Shown: positions 1-9,502, counted from the first letter of the stretch. The stretch is DNA of 64,000 nt from an uncultured Bacillota bacterium (GCA_946622285.1 CAMOPK010000002.1:4313-68312), one strand, 5' to 3'. The notes: generated by a model not told the origin, from the letters alone. Made by a program: numbers and translations.

Positions 1-538
1 CTGGAGCATCAACACGATTTCCCCATTCAATTAATTGTTCAATTGCACCTGCTCTAAAGGTATCGCCAGCAACAAGTAAAACTTTTTTGCCTTTATTTTT
101 TAGATCATAAGCAATTTTACCAATAGTAGTTGTTTTACCTACTCCATTTACACCGACAAATAGTATTACTGTTGGTCCTGTTTCACTAAAATTTATTTTA
201 TTGACAATAATGTCATTATTAACATAAATAACAAATAATTCATCGATAACAATCTCATTTAAGTCATGTGTATTTTCGATATTTTCTTTTTTAACACGAA
301 CTTTTAACTTGTCAATAAATTTAACAACTGTATCGACACCAACATCAGCCATAATAAGTATTTCTTCAAGTTCATCAAAATACTCATCATTTACTTTTTT
401 ATATTTAGTATTTAAAAGTGATAGTTTACTTGATAAATGCTCACTTGTTTTTTCTAAACCTTTATCGTATAAATTAATTTCTTTTTTCTCTTCAGCTGAT
501 TTGTTTTTAAAATTTTTAAAAAAACCAAAAATCCCCAT
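1..538 (-). CDS. ftsY: Signal recognition particle receptor FtsY; N-terminal part only, the gene runs off the window start
   Basis: Minus-strand translation starts at ATG 538..536 ([13 protein letters not shown]...). It continues to [59 protein letters not shown]. This is the SRP-GTPase Walker A and DTFRAGA motif. Confidence 0.9.
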   Translation of the reverse strand, partial: MGIFGFFKNFKNKSAEEKKEINLYDKGLEKTSEHLSSKLSLLNTKYKKVNDEYFDELEEILIMADVGVDTVVKFIDKLKVRVKKENIENTHDLNEIVIDELFVIYVNNDIIVNKINFSETGPTVILFVGVNGVGKTTTIGKIAYDLKNKGKKVLLVAGDTFRAGAIEQLIEWGNRVDAP

Positions 539-663
539 TAATAATCACCTATCATAATAATTTTACACTAGTTAACTAAAAAATACAATAGTTATGAACT
601 GGACAACTTATTTTTTTTAGCGTATAATTGTATCGTTAAAAACGAGGAGAAAGGAGGAAAATA

Positions 664-2346
664 GTGAAATTATTCAAAGATGAATGCACTAAGATTTTTG
701 CTTTAGGCGGTCTATGTGAAATTGGTAAAAATATGTACTGCGTTATGCACGGTGATGAAATCATCATAGTCGATGCAGGAGTTATTTTTCCAGAAGATGA
801 TTTGCTTGGAGTCGACTACATTATTCCGGATTTTTCTTTTTTGAAGAAAAATGAAAAAAAGATCAAAGCTTTATTTATAACTCATGGTCATGAAGATCAC
901 ATTGGTGCTATTCCATTCTTAGTTCAATCAATTGAAATACCTGCCATTTATGCACCTAATCAAGCAGTTGGACTAATCAAGAAAAAATTTGAAGAAAGAA
1001 ATATTCAATATAAAAATTTATTTGTTTATACTCAAAAAGATAGAATCAAATTTAAAAATATTACGGTTGAGTTTTTTCAAACAACTCACTCTATTCCAGA
1101 TTCACATGGAATTTACGTAAAAACTCCTGAAGGATCAATTGTTTTTACAGGAGACTTTAAGTTTGATTTAACTCCAATTGGACCAATGGCTAATTTAGAA
1201 AAAATGGCTACTATCGGAGGAACACATCCAACTTTACTTGTAAGTGAAAGTACAAATGTTTTAAATAGTGGTTTTTCAACTAGTGAGTCAAAGGTCGATG
1301 AAGCATTGGGTGAAATATTTTTAAAACATAAAAATGGTAGAATTATTATTGCAACTTTTGCATCTAATATCTATCGTTTAAAACATATTGTTGATACGTG
1401 CAAAAAGAACAAACGTAAAATTGCTATATTTGGTCGCAGTATGGAAACAAATATTGATATTTCTATTCAAGGTGGTTATATCAAGCATAAAGATATTTTT
1501 GTAACACCAGAAGAAGCTAATAGATTACCAGATGGTAAAGTTTGTTTACTTTGTACAGGTACTCAAGGTGAGCCACTTGCTGCATTATCAAGAATTGCTG
1601 ATGGAACTCATAAGCATATCACTTTAAGGGATGACGATTTAGTAATTATGTCGTCTTCTGCAATTCCTGGAAATGCTTTAAATATTTCAAGAATCATAAA
1701 TAAATTATATATGCGTGGTGTTGAAGTATATACTAATACTTCACTTGGCGATATTCATACATCAGGTCATGGTAATGAGGAAGAATTAAAACTCATGATT
1801 AGATTAATTAATCCAAAATATCTAATGCCTTGTCATGGTGAATATCGTATGCTTAAACAACATGCTAATATTGCTCATGATTGCGACATTCCAAAGAATA
1901 ACACATTTGTATTAAAAAATGGCGATGTTCTTATTATGAAAGACGAAAAAATAACTCTTTCAGATGAAAAAGTATCTGCTAGTGATATTTATGTCGATGG
2001 AAATAGAATTGGTGATATCAGGGCTTCAATCATTAAAGAACGCCAAATAATGGCTACAGATGGTATTATAATTGTTATAATTAATTTAGATGTTACAACT
2101 AATAAGTTAATTAATAAACCAATTATTTCAACAAGAGGTTTTGTTCTTGTTAATGAAAATGAAGAACTTCTAAGTGCAATGGAAGATATTGCTGAAGGTG
2201 CATTAAAAGGAAAACTAACTAAAAATGTTAATTATGCTGATTTAAAATCCGAAATTATTTCAGCAATCACACCTTATGCATATGAAAAAACTGGTAGAAA
2301 ACCAATTGTTTTACCAGTTATCATGGAAGTTAAAAAGAAAAATTAA
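664..2346 (+). CDS. rnj: Ribonuclease J (metallo-beta-lactamase / beta-CASP family)
   Basis: 560 aa with a GTG start preceded by AGGAGAAAGGAGG. It has the HGHEDHIGA motif, the expected length, and an RNase J C-terminal domain. Confidence 0.9.
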   Translation: MKLFKDECTKIFALGGLCEIGKNMYCVMHGDEIIIVDAGVIFPEDDLLGVDYIIPDFSFLKKNEKKIKALFITHGHEDHIGAIPFLVQSIEIPAIYAPNQAVGLIKKKFEERNIQYKNLFVYTQKDRIKFKNITVEFFQTTHSIPDSHGIYVKTPEGSIVFTGDFKFDLTPIGPMANLEKMATIGGTHPTLLVSESTNVLNSGFSTSESKVDEALGEIFLKHKNGRIIIATFASNIYRLKHIVDTCKKNKRKIAIFGRSMETNIDISIQGGYIKHKDIFVTPEEANRLPDGKVCLLCTGTQGEPLAALSRIADGTHKHITLRDDDLVIMSSSAIPGNALNISRIINKLYMRGVEVYTNTSLGDIHTSGHGNEEELKLMIRLINPKYLMPCHGEYRMLKQHANIAHDCDIPKNNTFVLKNGDVLIMKDEKITLSDEKVSASDIYVDGNRIGDIRASIIKERQIMATDGIIIVIINLDVTTNKLINKPIISTRGFVLVNENEELLSAMEDIAEGALKGKLTKNVNYADLKSEIISAITPYAYEKTGRKPIVLPVIMEVKKKN

Positions 2347-2369
2347 AATCACACATTTGTGTGATTTTT
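2345..2369. terminator. Bidirectional hairpin terminator between convergent rnj and the NlpC/P60 gene
   Basis: AAAATCACACA/TGTGTGATTTTT palindrome flanked by A and T runs. Confidence 0.6.
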
Positions 2370-4308
2370 AATTGTAATAATTATCCATTTGCATTACTTT
2401 CATGAAAGTACTACTTCCACCTATTTGTCTACCTGTTCTTGAAGAATACTTTTCAACAACAAGACCCCATGCAGTTCCTTTTTCATGTGCAATTGTGACG
2501 GTTTCACCATCAACATCAATTATAAAACCCATGTGCCCTGTACGCCATACAACGTCTCCTGCTTTTATCATACCAGTGCTACCTTTAAAATCAACAACAC
2601 CTAATTTTTTTCCACCTAAACGTGTTAACCAAGTAGAACCACTAAAAGAACCAATTTCACTCTTTTTAAATCCAGCATTGAATAATATCCATGCAACAAA
2701 TCCTGTACAATCAATTCCTGCTGGTAACATATCATTTCCCATGTATGGTCTCATGTTCTTAATAACGCACCCCCACATTGGTGAAACACCTTTAAATTGT
2801 TCAGTATCATCATGACCATCCCAAGAATAATGCCAATGCCCTCCAGCCCAGAAATAAGGAATTTTAACGCCTATTTCTGTTGATAAGTATCTTCCAAGTG
2901 CTGTTGCAGTTGCACGCGTTCTAGAACCGTTAGTCCTAATAATTTCAGCTATTTGATTATTGTATTCAGTTCTATCCCCCTTGCATGCAATTACTTGAGT
3001 TGGAGTTGTTATTTGGACAATTTGTTCAACTTTACATTCTATGTTAGTTGTATTGCCTGCCAAATCTTTTAGTTCAACTTCTACTTTTTTAGAACCTTTT
3101 TTAGCTGAATATTCATCTGAAGTTAATATTTCAGATCTTTCACCATCTAAAATATATGTATAACCTGCAATTCCTTTGTTATCGCTTGCTGTTACATTTA
3201 CTTGAGTAGTAGATGCTCCTACTTTTGCACTACAACTACCAGTCGGTTTTATGTTATCAATATTATCAATTTCAACACTTTTAGTTATTTTATTTCCGTA
3301 AACATCATGAATTATAAATTGATATGTTCCATTTTGAGAAACAGGATATTCAACTATTCTATTTATGCTTTTGCTTCTATCAGGAAGAGTTATATTATCA
3401 TAGTCTTTTCCACTTACAGTAATCTTTATCTTATTTGAATTACTAATTCCGCTATTAGCTAAATCTACATTAATATTTAGGTCAGCTTGTCTTTGAACAA
3501 CTTGGACAGTACGACTTTGCATAGCTGCTTTACCTCTAGAATTTTCTATACTATAAGTAATAATATAAATACCTACTTTATTTGAATCAACTTTACCATT
3601 AACTTTAACTTGACGGCTTACTTTTCCATCTTCATAATCATATGCAACATAGCCTTCCTCAATATATTTTTCGCCCTTTGTTAAAGTTATGTCTTTATCA
3701 CCAAAAAGTGTCAAAATTGGATATTCTCTATCCACAAGTCCACTTATCGTTTGATCTTTATCATTTTGAACGCGAATAACTTTTCTAACTGCGCGTTCCT
3801 TTAGTTCTTCATCAATATAAGCATCATATAGTAAGTCATAAACACCAACTTGGTTATAAACAATACCAGAATTTATAACATCAGCATCTTGCTTTAACGT
3901 ATAAAGTGGATCATTAAATGCTTCATTCAAGTTTAAAATAACAACTTCTCCACCATTTAATTCAATTATTTTATTTTTATTGTTATTTATGTTAGATTCA
4001 TAATTGTCGCATTTTAAATATGGTGTATATTTTAAATTCCCATTTTCATTTTTAACTATTACTCCACTAGCCTTTAAACATAAAGCTGTTCCTTCAATTT
4101 CATTAAATTTATCAATACTAATATAGATTTGACTTTCGACTCTAATATTATTGTTTGAAATATACCTTTCAGCTTCAATTATCATTTCTTTTTCTATATC
4201 ATTGAAACCTCTTTTATTGCTTACAATAATTAATATGATAATAATTACTACTAAAATAGGAAGTGCATATTTTAGTATTTTTTTTACTCTTTCAAATCTA
4301 TCATCCAT
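2368..4308 (-). CDS. Membrane-anchored cell-wall hydrolase: N-terminal TM helix, Ig-like repeats, C-terminal NlpC/P60 domain
   Basis: 646 aa. N-terminal hydrophobic segment ILVVIIIILIIV. Ig-like segments (YDYEDGKVSRQVKVNGKVDSNKVGIYIITYS; IDNIKPTGSC...DLAGN). The C-terminus has GIDCTGFVAW (catalytic Cys) and GHMGFIIDVDGETVTIAHEKG (His residues). Confidence 0.75.
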   Translation of the reverse strand: MDDRFERVKKILKYALPILVVIIIILIIVSNKRGFNDIEKEMIIEAERYISNNNIRVESQIYISIDKFNEIEGTALCLKASGVIVKNENGNLKYTPYLKCDNYESNINNNKNKIIELNGGEVVILNLNEAFNDPLYTLKQDADVINSGIVYNQVGVYDLLYDAYIDEELKERAVRKVIRVQNDKDQTISGLVDREYPILTLFGDKDITLTKGEKYIEEGYVAYDYEDGKVSRQVKVNGKVDSNKVGIYIITYSIENSRGKAAMQSRTVQVVQRQADLNINVDLANSGISNSNKIKITVSGKDYDNITLPDRSKSINRIVEYPVSQNGTYQFIIHDVYGNKITKSVEIDNIDNIKPTGSCSAKVGASTTQVNVTASDNKGIAGYTYILDGERSEILTSDEYSAKKGSKKVEVELKDLAGNTTNIECKVEQIVQITTPTQVIACKGDRTEYNNQIAEIIRTNGSRTRATATALGRYLSTEIGVKIPYFWAGGHWHYSWDGHDDTEQFKGVSPMWGCVIKNMRPYMGNDMLPAGIDCTGFVAWILFNAGFKKSEIGSFSGSTWLTRLGGKKLGVVDFKGSTGMIKAGDVVWRTGHMGFIIDVDGETVTIAHEKGTAWGLVVEKYSSRTGRQIGGSSTFMKVMQMDNYYN

Positions 4309-4333
4309 ATCTTATCACCAAGATAATTATAGC

Positions 4334-4366
4334 AAAAAAAAATTCATTTTAAAATGAATTTTTATT
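4334..4366 (-). terminator. Rho-independent terminator after the ytxH-like gene
   Basis: Perfect palindrome AAATTCATTTT/AAAATGAATTT with flanking A and T runs. It overlaps the stop codon at 4362. Confidence 0.6.
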
Positions 4367-4799
4367 TTTCAACATCCTCAATTGGAGTTGCTTTTTCTGG
4401 TTCAGCTTTTTCCAATTTCTTTACAGCTTCTTTAGTTACTACTAAAGCTTTTTCTTTAATTGAAGCAGCAGTTCTTTCTAGAATTGGTGTTCCTTTTTCA
4501 ACTGCATACTCAACTAAATCGTTTGCTTTTTCTTGGATTTCTTTGGCTTTTTTTTTAGCTGATTCCAAAACTTTTTCTTTATCTAAATTTTCTAAATCTG
4601 TCTTTAACCCGTTTACTTTTTTTTCAATTGTTTTTTTTACATCCTCAGAATCCATGTTTTTTACTCTGTTTAACATTTCATCTAATTTTTCCTTTAATTC
4701 TTTTCTTGTGGCTTCACCACTTTTTGGCGCGAATAAGAATCCAAGTCCTAGGCCAATTCCTACTCCTGCCATAATTTTTCCAAGTCCTCGTTTACTCAT
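4362..4799 (-). CDS. YtxH-domain protein (general-stress type)
   Basis: MSKRGLGKIMAGVGIGLGLGFLFAPKSGEATRKELKEKL is the typical YtxH N-terminus. I prefer ATG 4799, which overlaps the upstream stop as ATGAGTAA, over the longer ORF start at 4844. Confidence 0.75.
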   Translation of the reverse strand: MSKRGLGKIMAGVGIGLGLGFLFAPKSGEATRKELKEKLDEMLNRVKNMDSEDVKKTIEKKVNGLKTDLENLDKEKVLESAKKKAKEIQEKANDLVEYAVEKGTPILERTAASIKEKALVVTKEAVKKLEKAEPEKATPIEDVEK

Positions 4800-5073
4800 G
4801 TTCAATTTCTCCTTCCTTCTTCTTTTTTGAAAACCAGTTATCAATCAAACCAGTAACTCGGTCAATGAATTTGTCACTTACAACTGAAATATAATCTGTT
4901 GTATTGTCAATTATATTGAATAATCCATTTAGTTTTTCAATTTTAGTATTAACATCATCTAATGTTTTATTTAAACGTGATAATGTGCTAAATAATCTAA
5001 TTACAAAAATAATTAATACTACTAATAATACAGCAATTAAACTATAAATAATAATTAATAATGTGTCTGTCAT
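4792..5073 (-). CDS. DUF948 (YtxG-like) membrane protein
   Basis: 93 aa with an N-terminal TM helix followed by a coiled region. It sits directly upstream of the YtxH gene, as in B. subtilis ytxG-ytxH. Confidence 0.65.
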   Translation of the reverse strand: MTDTLLIIIYSLIAVLLVVLIIFVIRLFSTLSRLNKTLDDVNTKIEKLNGLFNIIDNTTDYISVVSDKFIDRVTGLIDNWFSKKKKEGEIEHE

Positions 5074-5876
5074 TCTTCTTCCTTAGTCTCCTTATCATAC
5101 ATTGAATCAATTAAATTGAATAAATCACTTTCAATTAGATCATCTTTATCTTTATCTTTTTCTTTTTCTTCTTCAACTTCTTTTCCTTTAGTTCTACTAT
5201 CATATTGATTAATAGCATCTTCTAAAGTCATGTCATTTGTAAAAAACATATCTTCTAATTCAGCAGCTGTTGTTGCTTCTTTTTCCAGTTCTTCTTTAGT
5301 TTCTTTAGTTACTTCTTGCTCAACATCTTTGTAGTCATCAATTTCAACATGACTTAATGTGCTTTCTAGTTCATCTTCTAAAGTTCCATATGCCTTTTTA
5401 CGAACTCGATCTACTCGAAGTGCTGTGTCACCTTTGTATCCAAAGTATTCCTCAGGCTCTCTTTTTTTTTCAATAATATCTTCTTTTTTATAATTTTTAT
5501 CAAGAATTCCATAAACTGGAGATATTACTGGAGATAATTTAAATTTCTTCTTTTGTTCCTCTTTAGGTTGAGGTGCCACTGGACGTCTTTCTTCACGTGT
5601 TTGTCTTTGAGGAACAGCATATGCAGGTGAACTATATGGCTCTTTAGCAGGAGCTTTTTTGACAGGTTCTGGTTCAAATTCCTCATCATCAAAGTATACT
5701 GGAAAAACAAACTTTTCTTCTTTCTTTGGTTCTTCTTTTACTTCTACTTTTTTCTCCTCAATTTTTGGAGCTGGTATTTCTACCTGAAAGACTTCTTTTT
5801 TGATAGGTTCTTTTTCTTCTTCGTATTCTTCGTCTTCTTCAGTGAACATATTTTTTATTTTATCAAATAAACCCAT
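5070..5876 (-). CDS. Acidic, low-complexity protein with a SepF-like N-terminal amphipathic helix; function unknown
   Basis: 268 aa. MGLFDKIKNMFTEEDEEYEEE resembles the SepF N-terminus (KLKNFFSMEDEEYEYE), but no SepF core domain is recognisable. It is rich in E, K and P. It has a 4-nt ATGA overlap with the downstream DUF948 gene. Confidence 0.5.
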   Translation of the reverse strand: MGLFDKIKNMFTEEDEEYEEEKEPIKKEVFQVEIPAPKIEEKKVEVKEEPKKEEKFVFPVYFDDEEFEPEPVKKAPAKEPYSSPAYAVPQRQTREERRPVAPQPKEEQKKKFKLSPVISPVYGILDKNYKKEDIIEKKREPEEYFGYKGDTALRVDRVRKKAYGTLEDELESTLSHVEIDDYKDVEQEVTKETKEELEKEATTAAELEDMFFTNDMTLEDAINQYDSRTKGKEVEEEKEKDKDKDDLIESDLFNLIDSMYDKETKEEE

Positions 5877-5880
5877 GTCA

Positions 5881-6495
5881 TTACTCCTCTTCTTTTATTT
5901 CAGTATATTCAAGTTCAAAACTTGTTGAATTGTTTGTCGATTTAAATATATTGTATTTCTCTTCTTTATTAGTAAAATAATCTTCGTCCAAAACAAGTTT
6001 AATTACATTATCATTATATTTTACTGTTGAAAGTATATACGTTGCATTTAAAACAACTTCATTGATTTTATCCTCCGTAACTAAAGCTTCAATCTTAGCA
6101 TAGTTATACATAAATTCAATCAAATAATATTTATCATCCATTTTGGTTATTTCTAAATAACCTTTTTTGTTATTCATATCAATACTTTTTGAATAGTATA
6201 AATCTTTATTCTCTTTATAAGTAAAATCTTTCTTATAGTAGTAACTAATAATGTCTAAATATAAATAATAATAATCGCCATTACAATATAATTTTTCATT
6301 ATATTCATTACTATCTATGTATACAACGCCTCTTGGGACGTAATATTTATATCCTTTACCTATTGTGTTATAAAGCGTATTCTCTTTTGATAAAATAACT
6401 GAAACAATGTTGTCTATACTTTTGGTATTAATTCTAACAGCAGTACATCCTGTTAAAAAAATAAGTAAGAACAACATTAAAAGCAATTTTTTCAT
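5881..6495 (-). CDS. Lipoprotein, function unknown
   Basis: MKKLLLMLFLLIFLTGC carries the lipobox LTGC. The ATG at 6495 is preferred to the GTG at 6507. Confidence 0.6.
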   Translation of the reverse strand: MKKLLLMLFLLIFLTGCTAVRINTKSIDNIVSVILSKENTLYNTIGKGYKYYVPRGVVYIDSNEYNEKLYCNGDYYYLYLDIISYYYKKDFTYKENKDLYYSKSIDMNNKKGYLEITKMDDKYYLIEFMYNYAKIEALVTEDKINEVVLNATYILSTVKYNDNVIKLVLDEDYFTNKEEKYNIFKSTNNSTSFELEYTEIKEEE

Positions 6496-6574
6496 ATTCC
6501 ACCACACTAACTATAGTATACCAAATAATTCAATTATTACAAACTTTTTTAAAACTTTACAGTAAAGTAAATGT

Positions 6575-7216
6575 CTAGTTTTTATTAAATACTCCTCTAT
6601 AAATAGTTTTGCCAATTTTAACAAATTTTGTCTCATATTCAGTTGGAACATTATCTTTAACCATATCATCATATAAGTCCAAGTTCATTTCTGATATTAC
6701 ATAACCATTATTTGTTAAAGAAATTAATGAGTATTCAAATAGTTTTCTATTATCTGTTTTCATTTGAATTTCTTTTTCTTTTTTAAAAATAGTATCATAC
6801 TTTTTCAAAAATATCGGACTTGTTAATCTTCGTTTTGCATGTCTTTCTTTTGGCCATGGATCAGAAAAATTCAAATACAGTTTTTCAATTTCGTGATCAA
6901 ATATTTCATCAACGATAAATGCATCTTCACGAATGAAAAATATATTATCGAGTTCTAATTCATCAATCTTTTCAATCGCACGAACTAAGACACTATCATA
7001 TTTCTCAATTCCAATAAAATTAATGTCAGGGTATTTTGAAGCCATTCCTATTAGAAAGTCCCCTTTACCTGTACCAATTTCTAAATGTATTGGTTTTTTA
7101 TTTTTAAATAATGTCTTATATTTTCCTTTTAACGAAACAGGATCTTTGATTAAGTATTTTGATATTTCAATTCTTTCTTTTGCACCTTTAACATTTTTTA
7201 AACGCATAACTCCCAC
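6575..7216 (-). CDS. trmB: tRNA (guanine46-N7)-methyltransferase
   Basis: 213 aa with EIGTGKGDF (SAM-binding motif) and FSDPWPKERHAKRRL, the TrmB signature. Confidence 0.9.
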   Translation of the reverse strand: MGVMRLKNVKGAKERIEISKYLIKDPVSLKGKYKTLFKNKKPIHLEIGTGKGDFLIGMASKYPDINFIGIEKYDSVLVRAIEKIDELELDNIFFIREDAFIVDEIFDHEIEKLYLNFSDPWPKERHAKRRLTSPIFLKKYDTIFKKEKEIQMKTDNRKLFEYSLISLTNNGYVISEMNLDLYDDMVKDNVPTEYETKFVKIGKTIYRGVFNKN

Positions 7217-7291
7217 CTACTTAATTATACCATATAATGCATTGAAAATAAACGAATAATAGGATGTAAAAAAGATTCCATAAGGAATCTT

Positions 7292-9418
7292 TTAATTTGG
7301 AATATTCAATTCACAATAGTTTATTTCACCATTTCTATCTTTAATATAGCTAAAATATCTATACTTATTTTCTTGCTTTGGTATTGTATTATTGCTATCC
7401 CAATTAGTCATATCTTGAGAATATGGCAAATCTGCTAATTTAGACGAATCAGAATAATTAATTAAAATTGAATTTTGATTTGATGTCAATATACAAGCTA
7501 TTGCATCAGGATCATATTTAATTGAAGCAGATGCCGATTCTGGCGAAATATTTCCTGCTAAATCTTTAAAGAATGCATATATTGTATGCGTAGTTTTAGT
7601 TGAGCCAATGTTAAATGAACCAATCGCTGAATAACTAGTCCAACTATTGCTATTACAACTGCTAACGCTATTAGTTGAAGTCAAACAATAATATCCACCT
7701 TCAGTTTTAAGTTCACTATTTAATTGAAGTGTAACATTTCTTAAATGTGTAATTGTTGAATTATAGTTGATTATTATGCTGTTATTTACTGGTGGAATAT
7801 TATCCACAACAACACTCGCAACTTCTGTTATAGCATTGCCATTTCCTGCAGCATCATATATTGATCCTGATTTCAACATTACAATTGCACGTCCATTACC
7901 ACTTAAAGCCGTAACTCTTATTGTTGTGCCAGTATTATTAGATCCAACAACACTAACGGAAACATCAGAGTTTCCCTGCTTATCAATTAAAATCATCGAT
8001 GAATCAATTGTTGTTGAATTACTCATTTGATTATTATCTGTACAATTAACTGTATATTCCATATAATTTCCACTTTTTAAATGAAAATTACTTGAATTAG
8101 ATGTTGCTATACAATTTGGTTGTATTCTATCAAGATGAACTGTAACTGTCTTATTTAAAACATTTCCAGCTCTATCAGCGAGCGAAACATATATTGTTTT
8201 GGCACCTTCACCCGTATTCAATGTCCAATTATAAGTTGGGGCATAATTCACATAAGTACAATTACCTTCTGAAGAATTACTAACACACATTTTTTCAACA
8301 TCGGAACTTACATTTGAAAATTTCAACATTATTCTTTCAGTATTAGTATATCTACTATTTGAATCTCCAATTGATACATCTCCTGTTGGAGCTACATTGT
8401 CCAAGTGAATCGGGGCACTTATATATTCTGCATTTACAAGGTTTCCTGATGTATCACTTATAATACCTGATTTCAATGTAAGATTAACTTCACCATTACC
8501 TTCAGCACCATATACTGTAAACTTAAATTCTTTATTAGTTCCATTTGTTGTCACAATTGAATCACTTATTGTTGCTAAATTAGTATTGCTTAAATTTATT
8601 GCAGATGCAGGTAATTCAACATTTTTTATTCCAGCTACATCACTACAACTTAAAGTTATTTCAGTTGAAGACCCATTATGAATGTATGATTTTACTGGAT
8701 TTTTCCAAACACATGTTGGAGCTGCTGAATCAAATATGATTGTATCATCAATTGATGCAATTATGTTTTTATTGCTATTTCTAATGTATAAATGAACGAT
8801 ATTTTCGATATCGACAAGATTTAAATTCCCGGTTACACTTGTTGAACTTGTACTGAGTTTTTTCCAACTACAACTTGCTTCATTTCCTAGGGTTACACAA
8901 TATTCTGCAGTAATACTTGTACTATATTTCATATAGTATGTTACATTTCTTTGATTCGTATAGTGTGCATTACCTTCACCAACATAAAAACTGCTGACAA
9001 TTACTTTTTCAGATTCGGCAGTTACTACACACGATTGTGGTTTAGTGCAATCTTCAGAATATGTATATTCAAACTTATTGTAATTAGAGTCATAATTTAT
9101 AACAATACAACTATTTAATAAAGTATTATCTTCTAGATTCTTTAGTTCATTATTAGCAATATAACCATTCTTTTTCATTTGATCGAGAGTTATTTTTACT
9201 CCGTCAGGTGAATTCTTGGCTATTTCTAAACATGTCTTATTGTTTAATGACACATTTTTTGCTACTTCAACCAATCTTGACTTTTGCTCTTCATTTAAAT
9301 TTTTACGACTTTTATTTATTGTTGTCGTATACTGTGTTGCAATGATAGTTACAAGAAGTCCAAGGATTATTAGAACGCTGATTACTTCTATAAGTGTGAA
9401 TCCCCTTTTATCTTTCAC
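7292..9418 (-). CDS. Very large protein with a type IV prepilin-type N-terminal cleavage/methylation domain, followed by repeated Ig-like modules
   Basis: The leader MKDKRG|FTLIEVISVLIILGLLVTIIA is a class III signal (G/FTLIE). A GTG at 9418 lies 5 nt after AGGTGA, so I prefer it to the ORF start at 9427. The rest contains at least four modules bounded by D-x-x-(A/Q/P)P-x-(C/G) and ending in (A/S)GN. Confidence 0.7.
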   Translation of the reverse strand: MKDKRGFTLIEVISVLIILGLLVTIIATQYTTTINKSRKNLNEEQKSRLVEVAKNVSLNNKTCLEIAKNSPDGVKITLDQMKKNGYIANNELKNLEDNTLLNSCIVINYDSNYNKFEYTYSEDCTKPQSCVVTAESEKVIVSSFYVGEGNAHYTNQRNVTYYMKYSTSITAEYCVTLGNEASCSWKKLSTSSTSVTGNLNLVDIENIVHLYIRNSNKNIIASIDDTIIFDSAAPTCVWKNPVKSYIHNGSSTEITLSCSDVAGIKNVELPASAINLSNTNLATISDSIVTTNGTNKEFKFTVYGAEGNGEVNLTLKSGIISDTSGNLVNAEYISAPIHLDNVAPTGDVSIGDSNSRYTNTERIMLKFSNVSSDVEKMCVSNSSEGNCTYVNYAPTYNWTLNTGEGAKTIYVSLADRAGNVLNKTVTVHLDRIQPNCIATSNSSNFHLKSGNYMEYTVNCTDNNQMSNSTTIDSSMILIDKQGNSDVSVSVVGSNNTGTTIRVTALSGNGRAIVMLKSGSIYDAAGNGNAITEVASVVVDNIPPVNNSIIINYNSTITHLRNVTLQLNSELKTEGGYYCLTSTNSVSSCNSNSWTSYSAIGSFNIGSTKTTHTIYAFFKDLAGNISPESASASIKYDPDAIACILTSNQNSILINYSDSSKLADLPYSQDMTNWDSNNTIPKQENKYRYFSYIKDRNGEINYCELNIPN

Positions 9419-9473
9419 AAGTATCACCTAGTATAATTATATATTCTTTTATTAATTTTTTCAATAAAAATAT

Positions 9474-9502
9474 CAAACAAAAAAAGGTGATTAAATCACC
9501 TT
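9474..9502 (-). terminator. Rho-independent terminator after the LysM gene
   Basis: Minus strand reads AAGGTGA-TTTAA-TCACCTT followed by TTTTTTTG. It overlaps the stop codon at 9501. Confidence 0.7.

Noticed and set aside
2402-2815. 137-aa plus-strand ORF. The same reasoning applies to 309-557, 3202-3438, 4151-4357, 4354-4830, 6933-7259, 7767-8030, 9216-9431, 11330-11521, 13198-13452, 13508-13996, 18903-19145, 20872-21054, 23231-23428, 24211-24465, 26532-26852, 30892-31161, 31222-31440, 32484-32681, 36012-36356, 40316-40552, 43448-43690, 47762-48034, 48337-48522, 51281-51556, 51498-51689, 52834-53034, 53715-53912, 60440-60679, 61936-62280 and 63583-63780.
   Set aside because: These are antisense shadow ORFs inside well-supported minus-strand genes. 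Their composition is low-complexity (S/F/I/L-rich), as expected for the reverse frame of AT-rich coding DNA. They have no RBS and no recognisable motifs.
5525-5710. Same-strand internal ORFs 5525-5710 and 55578-55799, plus plus-strand ORFs 41997-42251 and 42789-42974 and minus-strand ORF 42400-42717 inside the SPFH gene, and 49705-49911 inside the oxidoreductase gene.
   Set aside because: They are alternative-frame or antisense ORFs nested within longer genes that have clear homology-type motifs.
5070-5876. Repetitive GAA/AAA-rich DNA, also at 60907-61737 and 41034-41230, as a possible tandem repeat or CRISPR-like array.
   Set aside because: The repetition is imperfect codon-level low complexity that encodes E/K-rich protein segments in an open reading frame. 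There is no repeat-spacer periodicity.
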